Shown: positions 1 to 6,799 of the stretch, one piece after another
Layout of the letters: the number at the start of each line of letters is the position of its first letter
Numbering within the stretch: position 1 is the stretch's first letter
IMG/VR virus record: IMGVR_UViG_3300032320_000413
Coordinates: 1-27,794 of that record
Length of the DNA: 27,794 nucleotides
Source: a virus
Lineage: Duplodnaviria; Caudoviricetes
Strand: one strand, 5' to 3'
The notes under the pieces: generated by a model
The model's database searches: none
What the model saw: the letters and a program-made list of their open reading frames with translations, nothing else
What the model was told of the DNA's origin: nothing
Translations under genes and position numbers: made by a program

Positions 1-68
1 CGGTCTTTTTCGTCAGATTTTTCAGCTTCTTCACGTTCTACTTCACGCCAATAACTAGGATCTCTCAT
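1..68 (-). CDS. 5' end of a small hypothetical phage protein (truncated by window edge)
   Basis: Manual translation MRDPSYWREVEREEAEKSDEKD...; the ATG at 68-66 overlaps the TGA of the upstream gene (ATGA coupling) and is preceded by GGAGG. Confidence 0.6.
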   Translation of the reverse strand, partial: MRDPSYWREVEREEAEKSDEKD

Positions 69-244
69 TTTCTTGCCTCCATCATTGTGTCTGCAATTTG
101 ATAAGCCGTCATTGCTTCTAAATGCCAATGGTCTGCATCGTGCATCTGACCAGTTACTAGTGCTTGCATAGCCTTAGCTGCGAAGTAATCACGCAAGTCC
201 ATTCCTTCGTTATTACACATATGTGAATCTGGAAATGCTTTCAT
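65..244 (-). CDS. Small phage protein of the 'GM(T/D)LRDYFAAKAM...AY.IAD.M' family, 59 aa (not in ORF track)
   Basis: Manual translation MKAFPDSHMCNNEGMDLRDYFAAKAMQALVTGQMHDADHWHLEAMTAYQIADTMMEARK; SD AGGAG upstream; the motif is widespread in phage early regions. Confidence 0.85.
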   Translation of the reverse strand: MKAFPDSHMCNNEGMDLRDYFAAKAMQALVTGQMHDADHWHLEAMTAYQIADTMMEARK

Positions 245-253
245 TTAAGTCTC

Positions 254-361
254 CTATCCAAAGATTGTTTGCAAAATTGCTACTGTACCAAAGATTGTTA
301 CAGCAAAAAATACACCCATTGCTACCGACAAATACAGCCAAATTAGTATTTTATTAATCAT
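254..361 (-). CDS. 35-aa single-pass membrane peptide (not in ORF track)
   Basis: MINKILIWLYLSVAMGVFFAVTIFGTVAILQTIFG; strong SD GGAGGTG just upstream of the ATG; ends at TAG 256-254 next to the downstream SD. Confidence 0.75.
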   Translation of the reverse strand: MINKILIWLYLSVAMGVFFAVTIFGTVAILQTIFG

Positions 362-457
362 TGTCACCTCCAATGAAACTCTAGATTGCCATACTTTTGA
401 TGTTTCGGCTTATAAATTATTCCTATTGATTTCTATGTTTCTATTAATAAATAGTTG

Positions 458-486
458 TTGACCATGTTTACAGATGGAACTACTAT
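458..486 (+). promoter_or_regulatory. Sigma70-type early promoter
   Basis: TTGACC (458-463), 17 bp spacer, TACTAT (481-486); AT-rich upstream; 33 bp before the ATG at 520, which has an AAAGGG SD. Confidence 0.75.
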
Positions 487-490
487 CTGT
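470..490. promoter_or_regulatory. Inverted repeat (candidate operator) overlapping the -10 box
   Basis: ACAGATGG-aacta-CTATCTGT, 7 of 8 positions complementary. Confidence 0.45.
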
Positions 491-519
491 TTCACCAACT
501 AACCACGAAAGGGAAACAA

Positions 520-753
520 ATGGATTTAACAGAATACAAGAAAATGCCTGATCTGCCAAATCTAGATATAGACTTTCTTAACGACTTGGACGATACGCTA
601 CTAGGCAGACCAGCAGAAGATTACGAGTCTGAAGAAAATATGCAAATAGAACGTGATCGTATTGATAACGACATGGATCTGTGGGATTCTGAAAGAATTG
701 CTGAATTCGAGAGAGCTATGGATTACAAATCTAAATGCGGGGTGTGGCCATGA
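520..753 (+). CDS. Acidic hypothetical early protein, 77 aa
   Basis: First ORF after the promoter; SD present; TGA overlaps the next ATG. Confidence 0.75.
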   Translation: MDLTEYKKMPDLPNLDIDFLNDLDDTLLGRPAEDYESEENMQIERDRIDNDMDLWDSERIAEFERAMDYKSKCGVWP

Positions 754-929
754 TAGATAAATGGGCTATGGCTGAAATGACCTACGTCTTGCGCTTGATG
801 GTAGATAAGTTTGAGCGCAGGGAATTGTCAGCAGACGAACAAAACGTGTTATTGATGGCGTATCAGGCTTTAAGAATACCGTCACGAGAAGTTCACGAGA
901 TGGCAAACATGATGGAGGACATGGAATGA
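750..929 (+). CDS. Hypothetical early protein, about 59 aa
   Basis: ORF track gives 735..929; start moved to ATG 750 because of the ATGA overlap with the previous stop and a GGGGTG SD. Confidence 0.7.
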   Translation: MIDKWAMAEMTYVLRLMVDKFERRELSADEQNVLLMAYQALRIPSREVHEMANMMEDME

Positions 930-1006
930 TTAAATGGCTAGATGAAAATCAATTGGTTATAATCGCAGTCTTGTTTTTTTTATGGGTAGTATGTTCAAGT
1001 TTTTAA
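926..1006 (+). CDS. 26-aa membrane peptide (not in ORF track)
   Basis: MIKWLDENQLVIIAVLFFLWVVCSSF; ATGA overlap with the upstream stop; GGAGG at 914-918; fills the gap before erf. Confidence 0.65.
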   Translation: MIKWLDENQLVIIAVLFFLWVVCSSF

Positions 1007-1022
1007 TTCAGGAGATAAATAA

Positions 1023-1670
1023 ATGGAAGATTTTAAAGTTTACGCTAAGTTACAAAAATGTCGTGTAGAGTTGCAGAACATGGAACTCAAGAAGTCAGGA
1101 CATAATAAGTTTGCCGGATACCGTTACTTTGAACTAGGTGACTTCCTGCCAGCAGTTAACACGTTATTTGACATATACGGACTCGCCTACTCGCTACAGT
1201 TTGATCGTGAGATGGCTACTATGTTTATCATTGACGTAGATACAGGAAGCTCAATTAAGTTTACCTGCCCAATGGAGCAAGCGATCCTAAAAGGTTGTAT
1301 GCCAGTACAGAATCTAGGCGCATCGATAACCTACATTACTCGTTATCTTTTAGTTATGGCTTTGGCAATATGTGAGCATGACGCTGTGGACGCTTCAGAG
1401 CCGTTAAAAGAGAAAAAGACTATATCCGCTACTGATGGCGCAAAAGACGCCTTAGATGCCCGTTTAGCAGCCTTAGTGGACAAGTTATCGAGTCATATTC
1501 AGGCGCAGTTTGATGCAGGTAATGAATGGGCTGCGTTTGAGGCATGGGATTTACGAGATCAGACTACTTTTGACGTAACAGCATCAACGGCAGTTTGGGC
1601 GCAGTTAAGCAGTAAATGTCGCAGTACAATTAAATTAATGGATAAAGAAGCTAATGGAGAATCTAAATAA
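1023..1670 (+). CDS. erf: ERF-family single-strand annealing recombinase
   Basis: KSGHNKFAGYRYFELGDF N-terminal motif and the ERF signature GASITYITRYLLVMALAI..HDAVD; AGGAG SD. Confidence 0.88.
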   Translation: MEDFKVYAKLQKCRVELQNMELKKSGHNKFAGYRYFELGDFLPAVNTLFDIYGLAYSLQFDREMATMFIIDVDTGSSIKFTCPMEQAILKGCMPVQNLGASITYITRYLLVMALAICEHDAVDASEPLKEKKTISATDGAKDALDARLAALVDKLSSHIQAQFDAGNEWAAFEAWDLRDQTTFDVTASTAVWAQLSSKCRSTIKLMDKEANGESK

Positions 1671-1915
1671 TGGCATATGAAGCGAAAGCAGGTACATTTT
1701 CCCTATTTAAAAATGACAAGAAAGAAAGCGATAAACACCCCGATTACAGAGGCGATGGGAAGGATGCAGAAGGTAATCCTATCTGGGTATCCGCATGGCT
1801 AAAAGAAGGAAAGTCAGGCAAGTTTATGAGCTGCTCGTTCAAGTTGAAAGATGAACAAGCAAAGCCAAAAGTAGAGAAGTTTATTGATGACGATTTATCG
1901 GACGTACCCTTTTAA
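1670..1915 (+). CDS. Small ssDNA-binding protein-like (DUF736-like fold) with acidic SSB tail
   Basis: LFKNDKKE..HPDYRG...WVSAW core; C-terminus DDDLSDVPF resembles the bacterial SSB tail; directly follows erf. Confidence 0.72.
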   Translation: MAYEAKAGTFSLFKNDKKESDKHPDYRGDGKDAEGNPIWVSAWLKEGKSGKFMSCSFKLKDEQAKPKVEKFIDDDLSDVPF

Positions 1916-1926
1916 TGTTTAGTCCA

Positions 1927-2001
1927 GCTAGAGGTGACTTATAACGCTAGCAGCAGGGGCTACCTGTCTCCTTCAGACATCACTCTCGGTAGTGACCCTG
2001 C
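1927..2001 (+). ncRNA. Candidate structured non-coding RNA (hairpin plus nested three-stem element)
   Basis: GCTAG/CTAGC (1927-31/1947-51); GCAGGG/CCCTGC (1953-58/1996-2001); GCTACC/GGTAGT (1959-64/1988-93); TGTCT/AGACA (1965-69/1975-79). No U-tract and no ORF. Confidence 0.55.
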
Positions 2002-2019
2002 ACTTACACAAGGAAAACA

Positions 2020-2211
2020 ATGAAATTGCTTGATTATTTACAAAAGACTTATGACGTTAAGAATGACCGTCAGCTTGCAATAAAACTAGGATTTAGCACA
2101 CCTACGTTATCTAAGATTCGGACAGGAAAGTATCCAGTTAGTGCAGATATGATTATTGCGATACACGAGACGTTTAAGATGTCGATTAAAGATATAAAGG
2201 CACTACTATGA
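2020..2211 (+). CDS. XRE/Cro-like HTH transcriptional regulator
   Basis: NDRQLAIKLGFSTPTLSKIRTGK helix-turn-helix; 63 aa; AAGGA SD. Confidence 0.85.
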   Translation: MKLLDYLQKTYDVKNDRQLAIKLGFSTPTLSKIRTGKYPVSADMIIAIHETFKMSIKDIKALL

Positions 2212-2411
2212 AGATATGGTTTTTGCTAGGAGTTAGCTTGATGTTAGTAGGGATTACATTGGCTATACAAGACCAACTAGAGCATGAGTACGAACGTGGA
2301 TTCCAAGATGGACTACACGCTTTAAGCTCAAAGAAAGTCGATAATATTTGTATGCAGTGGTGGTTTCAGTCTGATCTGGAAGCAGCTAAAAAGAGAGCGT
2401 GCGGTAAATGA
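2208..2411 (+). CDS. Hypothetical protein with N-terminal TM/signal helix
   Basis: Hydrophobic residues 3-20; YERGFQDG motif; two Cys; ATGA coupling on both sides. Confidence 0.7.
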   Translation: MKIWFLLGVSLMLVGITLAIQDQLEHEYERGFQDGLHALSSKKVDNICMQWWFQSDLEAAKKRACGK

Positions 2412-2611
2412 ATGATATGAGCTATGACGAATTTAAAGAATTTATCCAAACAAAATCATTATATGAAACCCTTTATCAGGATTCTGAAGGCAGAGAAATA
2501 TTAATAATTACTGTTTTTGATGCTTGGCAAATGATGAATGCAATTAAAGAAAAAGATGAAAGATGGGTTAAATCTTACTGTGGCGGGAAGCCTAATTACA
2601 CAAAAGATTAA
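2408..2611 (+). CDS. Hypothetical protein, 67 aa
   Basis: Coupled start; last gene of the + block; ends VKSYCGGKPNYTKD. Confidence 0.65.
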   Translation: MNDMSYDEFKEFIQTKSLYETLYQDSEGREILIITVFDAWQMMNAIKEKDERWVKSYCGGKPNYTKD

Positions 2612-3576
2612 ACCTTAATAACTTGCCCTCTAAAGTAAACAAGTCCTTCTTCTTCATCAATAACTTCACAGAGTTCAGGTGGCATTAACTTACCATTATG
2701 AAATGTTAATGCTGCCCATCCGCTTCTATGGTTAACTGGCGAATCTTCCCCATAACTAAAGGCAGCAGCATTTACTGGCGATAGAGTACCTGTATCTACA
2801 CCGTAACGAGTTTTTAAATTACTGAAATCTGTCCAGGGAACAACCTTTAAGCTGTGCAAATGTCCTGTGCAAAAATTTATGCCCGATTTCAAAATATTAT
2901 TATGAATGGCGTGTAATCCGTTGTGCCATCTATGTTTAATCATAGTGTGATCGTTAACCATTAGTGACATCGAGAATCGCCATAATGGAAAATGCTCTGC
3001 TAGGTTCATACCCATTACACCCTTAAAAGTATCACCCACTTGTTGCTGGAGCCTAGCATTGAAACGAAGATCGTGATTTCCCCACAAAAAACTTAAATGT
3101 GCATTTCCAGCAGCCTTCTGAATCTCCTCTAGCCTATCCTGACACGCTTCTAATTCTTGCTTTACCGATGGAAGTGGTTGCCATGTACCGCCAGCAGGAT
3201 GACGAGAGATTGTCGCACCGTCAAATGCGTCACCGTTAATTACAACAATCTTAGGCTTTAGTTCTTTGATAAGTTTTACAAAAGACCTATGAGCTGTGGA
3301 GATAACCCCAGGCCAGTAATGGCAGTCAGAAGCCACCAGAATCATCCCAGAGTCGATTTCTGTGGTTGCTCTAACTCCGTTCTCAGGATAAAAGATTTTA
3401 GCGTCTGGGCTGTTTTTAGCAGATGCTACAAGTCTAATCCCACTTCTTTCCTCAATACGCCTTCTTCGTGCTTGTACGTTCCTTTCAGAAATATCCAGAG
3501 CTTTAGCCATAGCAGCGGTACTTGCTAATCTGCCCCACATATCAATAAATTCAGCGTCAGTAGTTTTAGCTATCAT
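2608..3576 (-). CDS. Calcineurin-like metallophosphoesterase with N-terminal HTH-like segment
   Basis: All five MPP motifs: SDCH, NGDAFD, GNHD, KH, GHLH; N-terminal STAAMAKALDISERNVQARRRRI. Confidence 0.88.
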   Translation of the reverse strand: MIAKTTDAEFIDMWGRLASTAAMAKALDISERNVQARRRRIEERSGIRLVASAKNSPDAKIFYPENGVRATTEIDSGMILVASDCHYWPGVISTAHRSFVKLIKELKPKIVVINGDAFDGATISRHPAGGTWQPLPSVKQELEACQDRLEEIQKAAGNAHLSFLWGNHDLRFNARLQQQVGDTFKGVMGMNLAEHFPLWRFSMSLMVNDHTMIKHRWHNGLHAIHNNILKSGINFCTGHLHSLKVVPWTDFSNLKTRYGVDTGTLSPVNAAAFSYGEDSPVNHRSGWAALTFHNGKLMPPELCEVIDEEEGLVYFRGQVIKV

Positions 3577-3582
3577 AAGTCC

Positions 3583-3798
3583 TCAAGATACGTAACGCAC
3601 GAACTCACCACACCATTCATCGGCAGCAGTTAGTGCAAAGGAGAAGGAAACGCCACCATTATCTTCAGGTAGCACAGTAGGAGGGAGTCGGTGACATTCG
3701 CCTAAGTCTGCATCTTTATCTGGTTTAAAGAAAGCACACGTAGCGCATCGGGGCATACAATCGTCAGGAATCTTAGAGGCACTTCCTTTTTTCGACAT
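3583..3798 (-). CDS. Small four-cysteine metal-binding protein (HiPIP-like spacing)
   Basis: CATC-x13-C-x27(...W)-CGEF; start placed at ATG 3798 (AAGG SD) rather than TTG 3807. Confidence 0.7.
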   Translation of the reverse strand: MSKKGSASKIPDDCMPRCATCAFFKPDKDADLGECHRLPPTVLPEDNGGVSFSFALTAADEWCGEFVRYVS

Positions 3799-3979
3799 CT
3801 TGCACAACCTTTTCTAGTTCTTCAATACGATGATCTTGGTACTGAATAACTCTGTTGAGTTCGTTAAAAAGCTCACGAGTGTTATCTACTTCTTCCTTAG
3901 ATAACAACAGATTGCCATTATTATCTAAAGTTGCTGCGGTTGCAACACTAAACATAAAAAATATAACAATCCACTTCAT
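3773..3979 (-). CDS. Exported or membrane-anchored coiled-coil protein in the lysis cassette (possible i-spanin-like)
   Basis: MKWIVIFFMFSVATAA signal/TM followed by a heptad-like helix; immediately after the endolysin; AGGGG SD. Confidence 0.6.
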   Translation of the reverse strand: MKWIVIFFMFSVATAATLDNNGNLLLSKEEVDNTRELFNELNRVIQYQDHRIEELEKVVQDVEKRKCL

Positions 3980-3988
3980 AAATGTCCC

Positions 3989-4453
3989 CTAAGCTATTAA
4001 TCCATTGGAATAAATAGTCTTTCCGTTCTTAGAAGTTGCGGTTAAATTTTGTTTTTTTAGATTTTTAGGATCGTAAGATACGTGAACCCAGCCAGAATCA
4101 GGAACACCAGGCGTATAGAACTCTAGGATTAACTGCGTATAAGTTAAGTTATCAGAAATCCACTGCGCTAGATCAGCGTTAGGAATGCCAGGTATCTCTA
4201 TATCAGCAGCCTGACCTTTGCAGTGGTCAGAGGACTTCGATCCTCCGACCTTAGCGTTAACCTCTGGATGACGATAACCAGAATTAACCTTAACGCCAGT
4301 CTTAAAGTTGTCACGAATAGGCTGTAGCACCTTCTCGCATAACGTCTTTAGGTTCTGTATATCTGCCTCAGTAGGCTCATTCTTCATACCAAACCGTAAA
4401 GCAGTCTCGCTCTTGGTTAATTCTTGTAGGCTAAAGTTCTCTGATAGCTTCAT
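3989..4453 (-). CDS. Endolysin, peptidase M15A family
   Basis: SGYR...N.KVGG..SSDHCKGQAADI...WVHVS zinc-peptidase motifs; follows the holin. Confidence 0.9.
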   Translation of the reverse strand: MKLSENFSLQELTKSETALRFGMKNEPTEADIQNLKTLCEKVLQPIRDNFKTGVKVNSGYRHPEVNAKVGGSKSSDHCKGQAADIEIPGIPNADLAQWISDNLTYTQLILEFYTPGVPDSGWVHVSYDPKNLKKQNLTATSKNGKTIYSNGLIA

Positions 4454-4854
4454 TTCTTCATATCCATAATCTTCTCAAGTGTGCGACCACCGAAATAAAA
4501 ACTCATCACGAGCATACCCCATTGACCTAACAGCTCAACAAAAGCATCAGCTATATCTAAAGCAGCAGCATCAAGGATAGCTAGTATTAAATAAGCAACT
4601 AAAATGTAAATTAATGTCATAGGACGAATGTTCTTAGATAACCAAGAATCGCTAGCCATATCAGCCTGCATACGTTGAGTCAGATTATTCTGCTCTAACT
4701 CGTACAGCTTTGACTCATTAGCCATCTTAGCTAACTCGCCATCTTGAGCCATCTTAGTTAACTCTAACTGTGCCTTAGCTTTAGCTTCAGGATCAGGAAT
4801 TAACTTATCAATTAACTTTCCACCTATGTTTAGAATTGCGTCTAGTCCGATCAT
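4450..4854 (-). CDS. Holin, GTA 3TM-like family
   Basis: KLIDKLIPDPEAKAKAQLEL...SDSWLSKNIRP-TM-TM-FYFGGRTLEK pattern; start at ATG 4854 or 4857 (GGAG SD, ATGA overlap). Confidence 0.8.
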   Translation of the reverse strand: MIGLDAILNIGGKLIDKLIPDPEAKAKAQLELTKMAQDGELAKMANESKLYELEQNNLTQRMQADMASDSWLSKNIRPMTLIYILVAYLILAILDAAALDIADAFVELLGQWGMLVMSFYFGGRTLEKIMDMKK

Positions 4855-5375
4855 CATTCTCTCCAATTAAACATACTATAAATAAAATACAAGATAGCCG
4901 TAGCGCAAGCAGTACCTACTACACAAGCAATAATGTTTTGAATTAACTCAATCCTCTCAGCCTTACGTCTAGCGATCTCACGTAACCTAACCCTAGCAAT
5001 CCTAGCTTCTTCTTCAGCTTCTTCCTTAGCAGCAGCTACGATAGCGTCCCTACGAGCGCACATCTCCTCGTATAGACCAGTTTCTTCTGAGTTATTGTAG
5101 ATAAGTAGCTCACGTAGCTCAACTTCTAGTCTATACAGCTTACGTGATGCAAAGGTAGCGTCTAGTGCTTGTTTAGTTGCTTGCGATAACGAAATATTAG
5201 GATTCTTCTTAGCTACCGTATCAACAACAGCAACAGACTTAATTTCTGCTTGTTTCTCAAAGAACGTAGAGATATCGTGATAACACTCTTGTATATCTTT
5301 CCCTAGTGCGATAGCTCTCTTGACTCCAGCAACAGCAGCCTCCGCAGCAGCAAAGGCAACTGCTACTTCGATCAT
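4854..5375 (-). CDS. Coiled-coil protein with C-terminal TM, lysis-region accessory
   Basis: Ala-rich N-terminus, charged helix, TM IIACVVGTACATAILYFIYSMF. Confidence 0.7.
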   Translation of the reverse strand: MIEVAVAFAAAEAAVAGVKRAIALGKDIQECYHDISTFFEKQAEIKSVAVVDTVAKKNPNISLSQATKQALDATFASRKLYRLEVELRELLIYNNSEETGLYEEMCARRDAIVAAAKEEAEEEARIARVRLREIARRKAERIELIQNIIACVVGTACATAILYFIYSMFNWRE

Positions 5376-5557
5376 TTTGGTAATTGTCCGTTAGAGCCTA
5401 GCCACATTAATAGGAATAAAGCACCTGCACCAACTATCCAGAATATCTTCTTAACGACAGACTTACCGACTTCTTCGTAAATCTTCTTAAATGCCACCTC
5501 AGCAGCACGTTCAGCTATCTTTTCTATTTGCTCGTCAGATAAGTTGATGTCAGACAT
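5372..5557 (-). CDS. Small membrane protein (possible holin accessory)
   Basis: 61 aa; C-terminal TM IFWIVGAGALFLLMWLG; coupled to both neighbours. Confidence 0.7.
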   Translation of the reverse strand: MSDINLSDEQIEKIAERAAEVAFKKIYEEVGKSVVKKIFWIVGAGALFLLMWLGSNGQLPK

Positions 5558-5831
5558 TATTCTCTACCCATAAACAAGTTTCTTCGTCTAACGCATAATC
5601 TCCTTCTGGCTTAGGAGGAATAAACGCATCTCTTTCTTTATCGTAAGTACCGCCAATAGTGGCGTAATTCTTACGTAATGGTCTACCTTCTGGATGCTGA
5701 CCACCGTATGTATTGTAGCTCGTCTGAATCCACTCACCAGGAGATGAATCTACAAACGTATCAAAGAACTCTGGTTCCGCAACGATAACCTGAACAACAG
5801 TTCCATTAACAACTTTAGCAAAATGGCTCAT
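5550..5831 (-). CDS. Putative fibre-associated/assembly protein
   Basis: MSHFAKV...WIQTSYNT.GG.H...LRKNYA.IG.TYD...DAFIPPKP motif; coupled downstream of the Gly-rich fibre. Confidence 0.65.
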   Translation of the reverse strand: MSHFAKVVNGTVVQVIVAEPEFFDTFVDSSPGEWIQTSYNTYGGQHPEGRPLRKNYATIGGTYDKERDAFIPPKPEGDYALDEETCLWVENNV

Positions 5832-6799
5832 GATGTCTTATAACTTCCTGAAGTAGTAAAAGTCATAATAGTGTTTGTACCGCTAGTTGTAACAGTAGGA
5901 GATCCAGTAGTAATACCGCTATAAGCAGCAGTAGAAATAGAAATAATAACTACGCCAGAACCGCCAGCACCACCTAAGTTACCTGAGCTAGTAGAAGCAG
6001 CACCACCGCCTCCACCGCCTCTATTAGTAGTGCCTGCTCCACCTACAGCAGATATAGCTCCACCGTTACCAGATACGCCTGAAGTACCAGATCCACCAGA
6101 TACACCACCACCTGCTCCACCACCAGCACCATAGATTAATCCAGTACCAGTAATTCCATTAGAAACTCCAGTACCACCTGCTCCACCTGCGCCAGTAACA
6201 CCATTAGATCCAGCAGCATTTGATCCACCCCCACCACCGCCACTACTTGCAGAAGTACCTGTCCAAGCAGTACCTTGACCACCTGCGTAACCTTGCCCTA
6301 CAGTTCCAGCCGCTACAGTACCAAATCCAGTGTTATAAGTTCCTGTACCACCACCACATCCACCAGTAGTAGCAGAAGCACCGTATACACCACCACCACC
6401 ACCGCCTAATGCAGTTAAACCAAATGCTGAGGATGATCCACCAGTACCACCTACACCAGTAGTTGATGCAGCACCAGCAGTACCAGCACCGCCAACAGTA
6501 AAGCTATAAGTAGTAGATGGAGCAGCAATAAAAGTACCTGTTAATACACCACCGCCGCCTCCACCACCGCCGATAGAGAAAGCATTAGCACCACCACCGC
6601 CACCTCCTCCACCACCTACGATTAGGTAGCTGATAGAGTAAGGGCTAATAATGCTTATCCATTGATTACTACTGTATATCTCAGCAGCTAATAGAGATGT
6701 GTTATAGCCCATCTGACCCTGCGTAGGAGATGATGGTCTAGTAGCAGTAGTCCATACTGGTAGATTTATTCCGTTAGTACCGTCAATGATCGCTGGCAT
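5828..6799 (-). CDS. Glycine-rich tail fibre / receptor-binding protein
   Basis: N-terminal LPVWTTATRP...GQMGYNT...W module; YLIVGGGGGGG...GGSGVVII glycine-rich domain. Confidence 0.8.
   Translation of the reverse strand: MPAIIDGTNGINLPVWTTATRPSSPTQGQMGYNTSLLAAEIYSSNQWISIISPYSISYLIVGGGGGGGGGANAFSIGGGGGGGGVLTGTFIAAPSTTYSFTVGGAGTAGAASTTGVGGTGGSSSAFGLTALGGGGGGVYGASATTGGCGGGTGTYNTGFGTVAAGTVGQGYAGGQGTAWTGTSASSGGGGGGSNAAGSNGVTGAGGAGGTGVSNGITGTGLIYGAGGGAGGGVSGGSGTSGVSGNGGAISAVGGAGTTNRGGGGGGAASTSSGNLGGAGGSGVVIISISTAAYSGITTGSPTVTTSGTNTIMTFTTSGSYKTS

Noticed and set aside
1953-2001. tRNA or intrinsic terminator
   Set aside because: No D or T-loop consensus, no CCA end and no U-tract on either strand.
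3583-3979. Overlapping 68-aa and Cys-rich ORFs as an Rz/Rz1 spanin pair
   Set aside because: The downstream ORF has no signal peptide or lipobox; its Cys pattern suggests metal binding.
4852-4857. Lambda S105/S107-type dual-start holin/antiholin
   Set aside because: The two ATGs are adjacent with no intervening charged residue, so the products would differ by only one Met.
5828-6620. CCA/CCG-rich repeats as a CRISPR array or microsatellite
   Set aside because: They are glycine codons of the fibre gene; there is no repeat-spacer periodicity.
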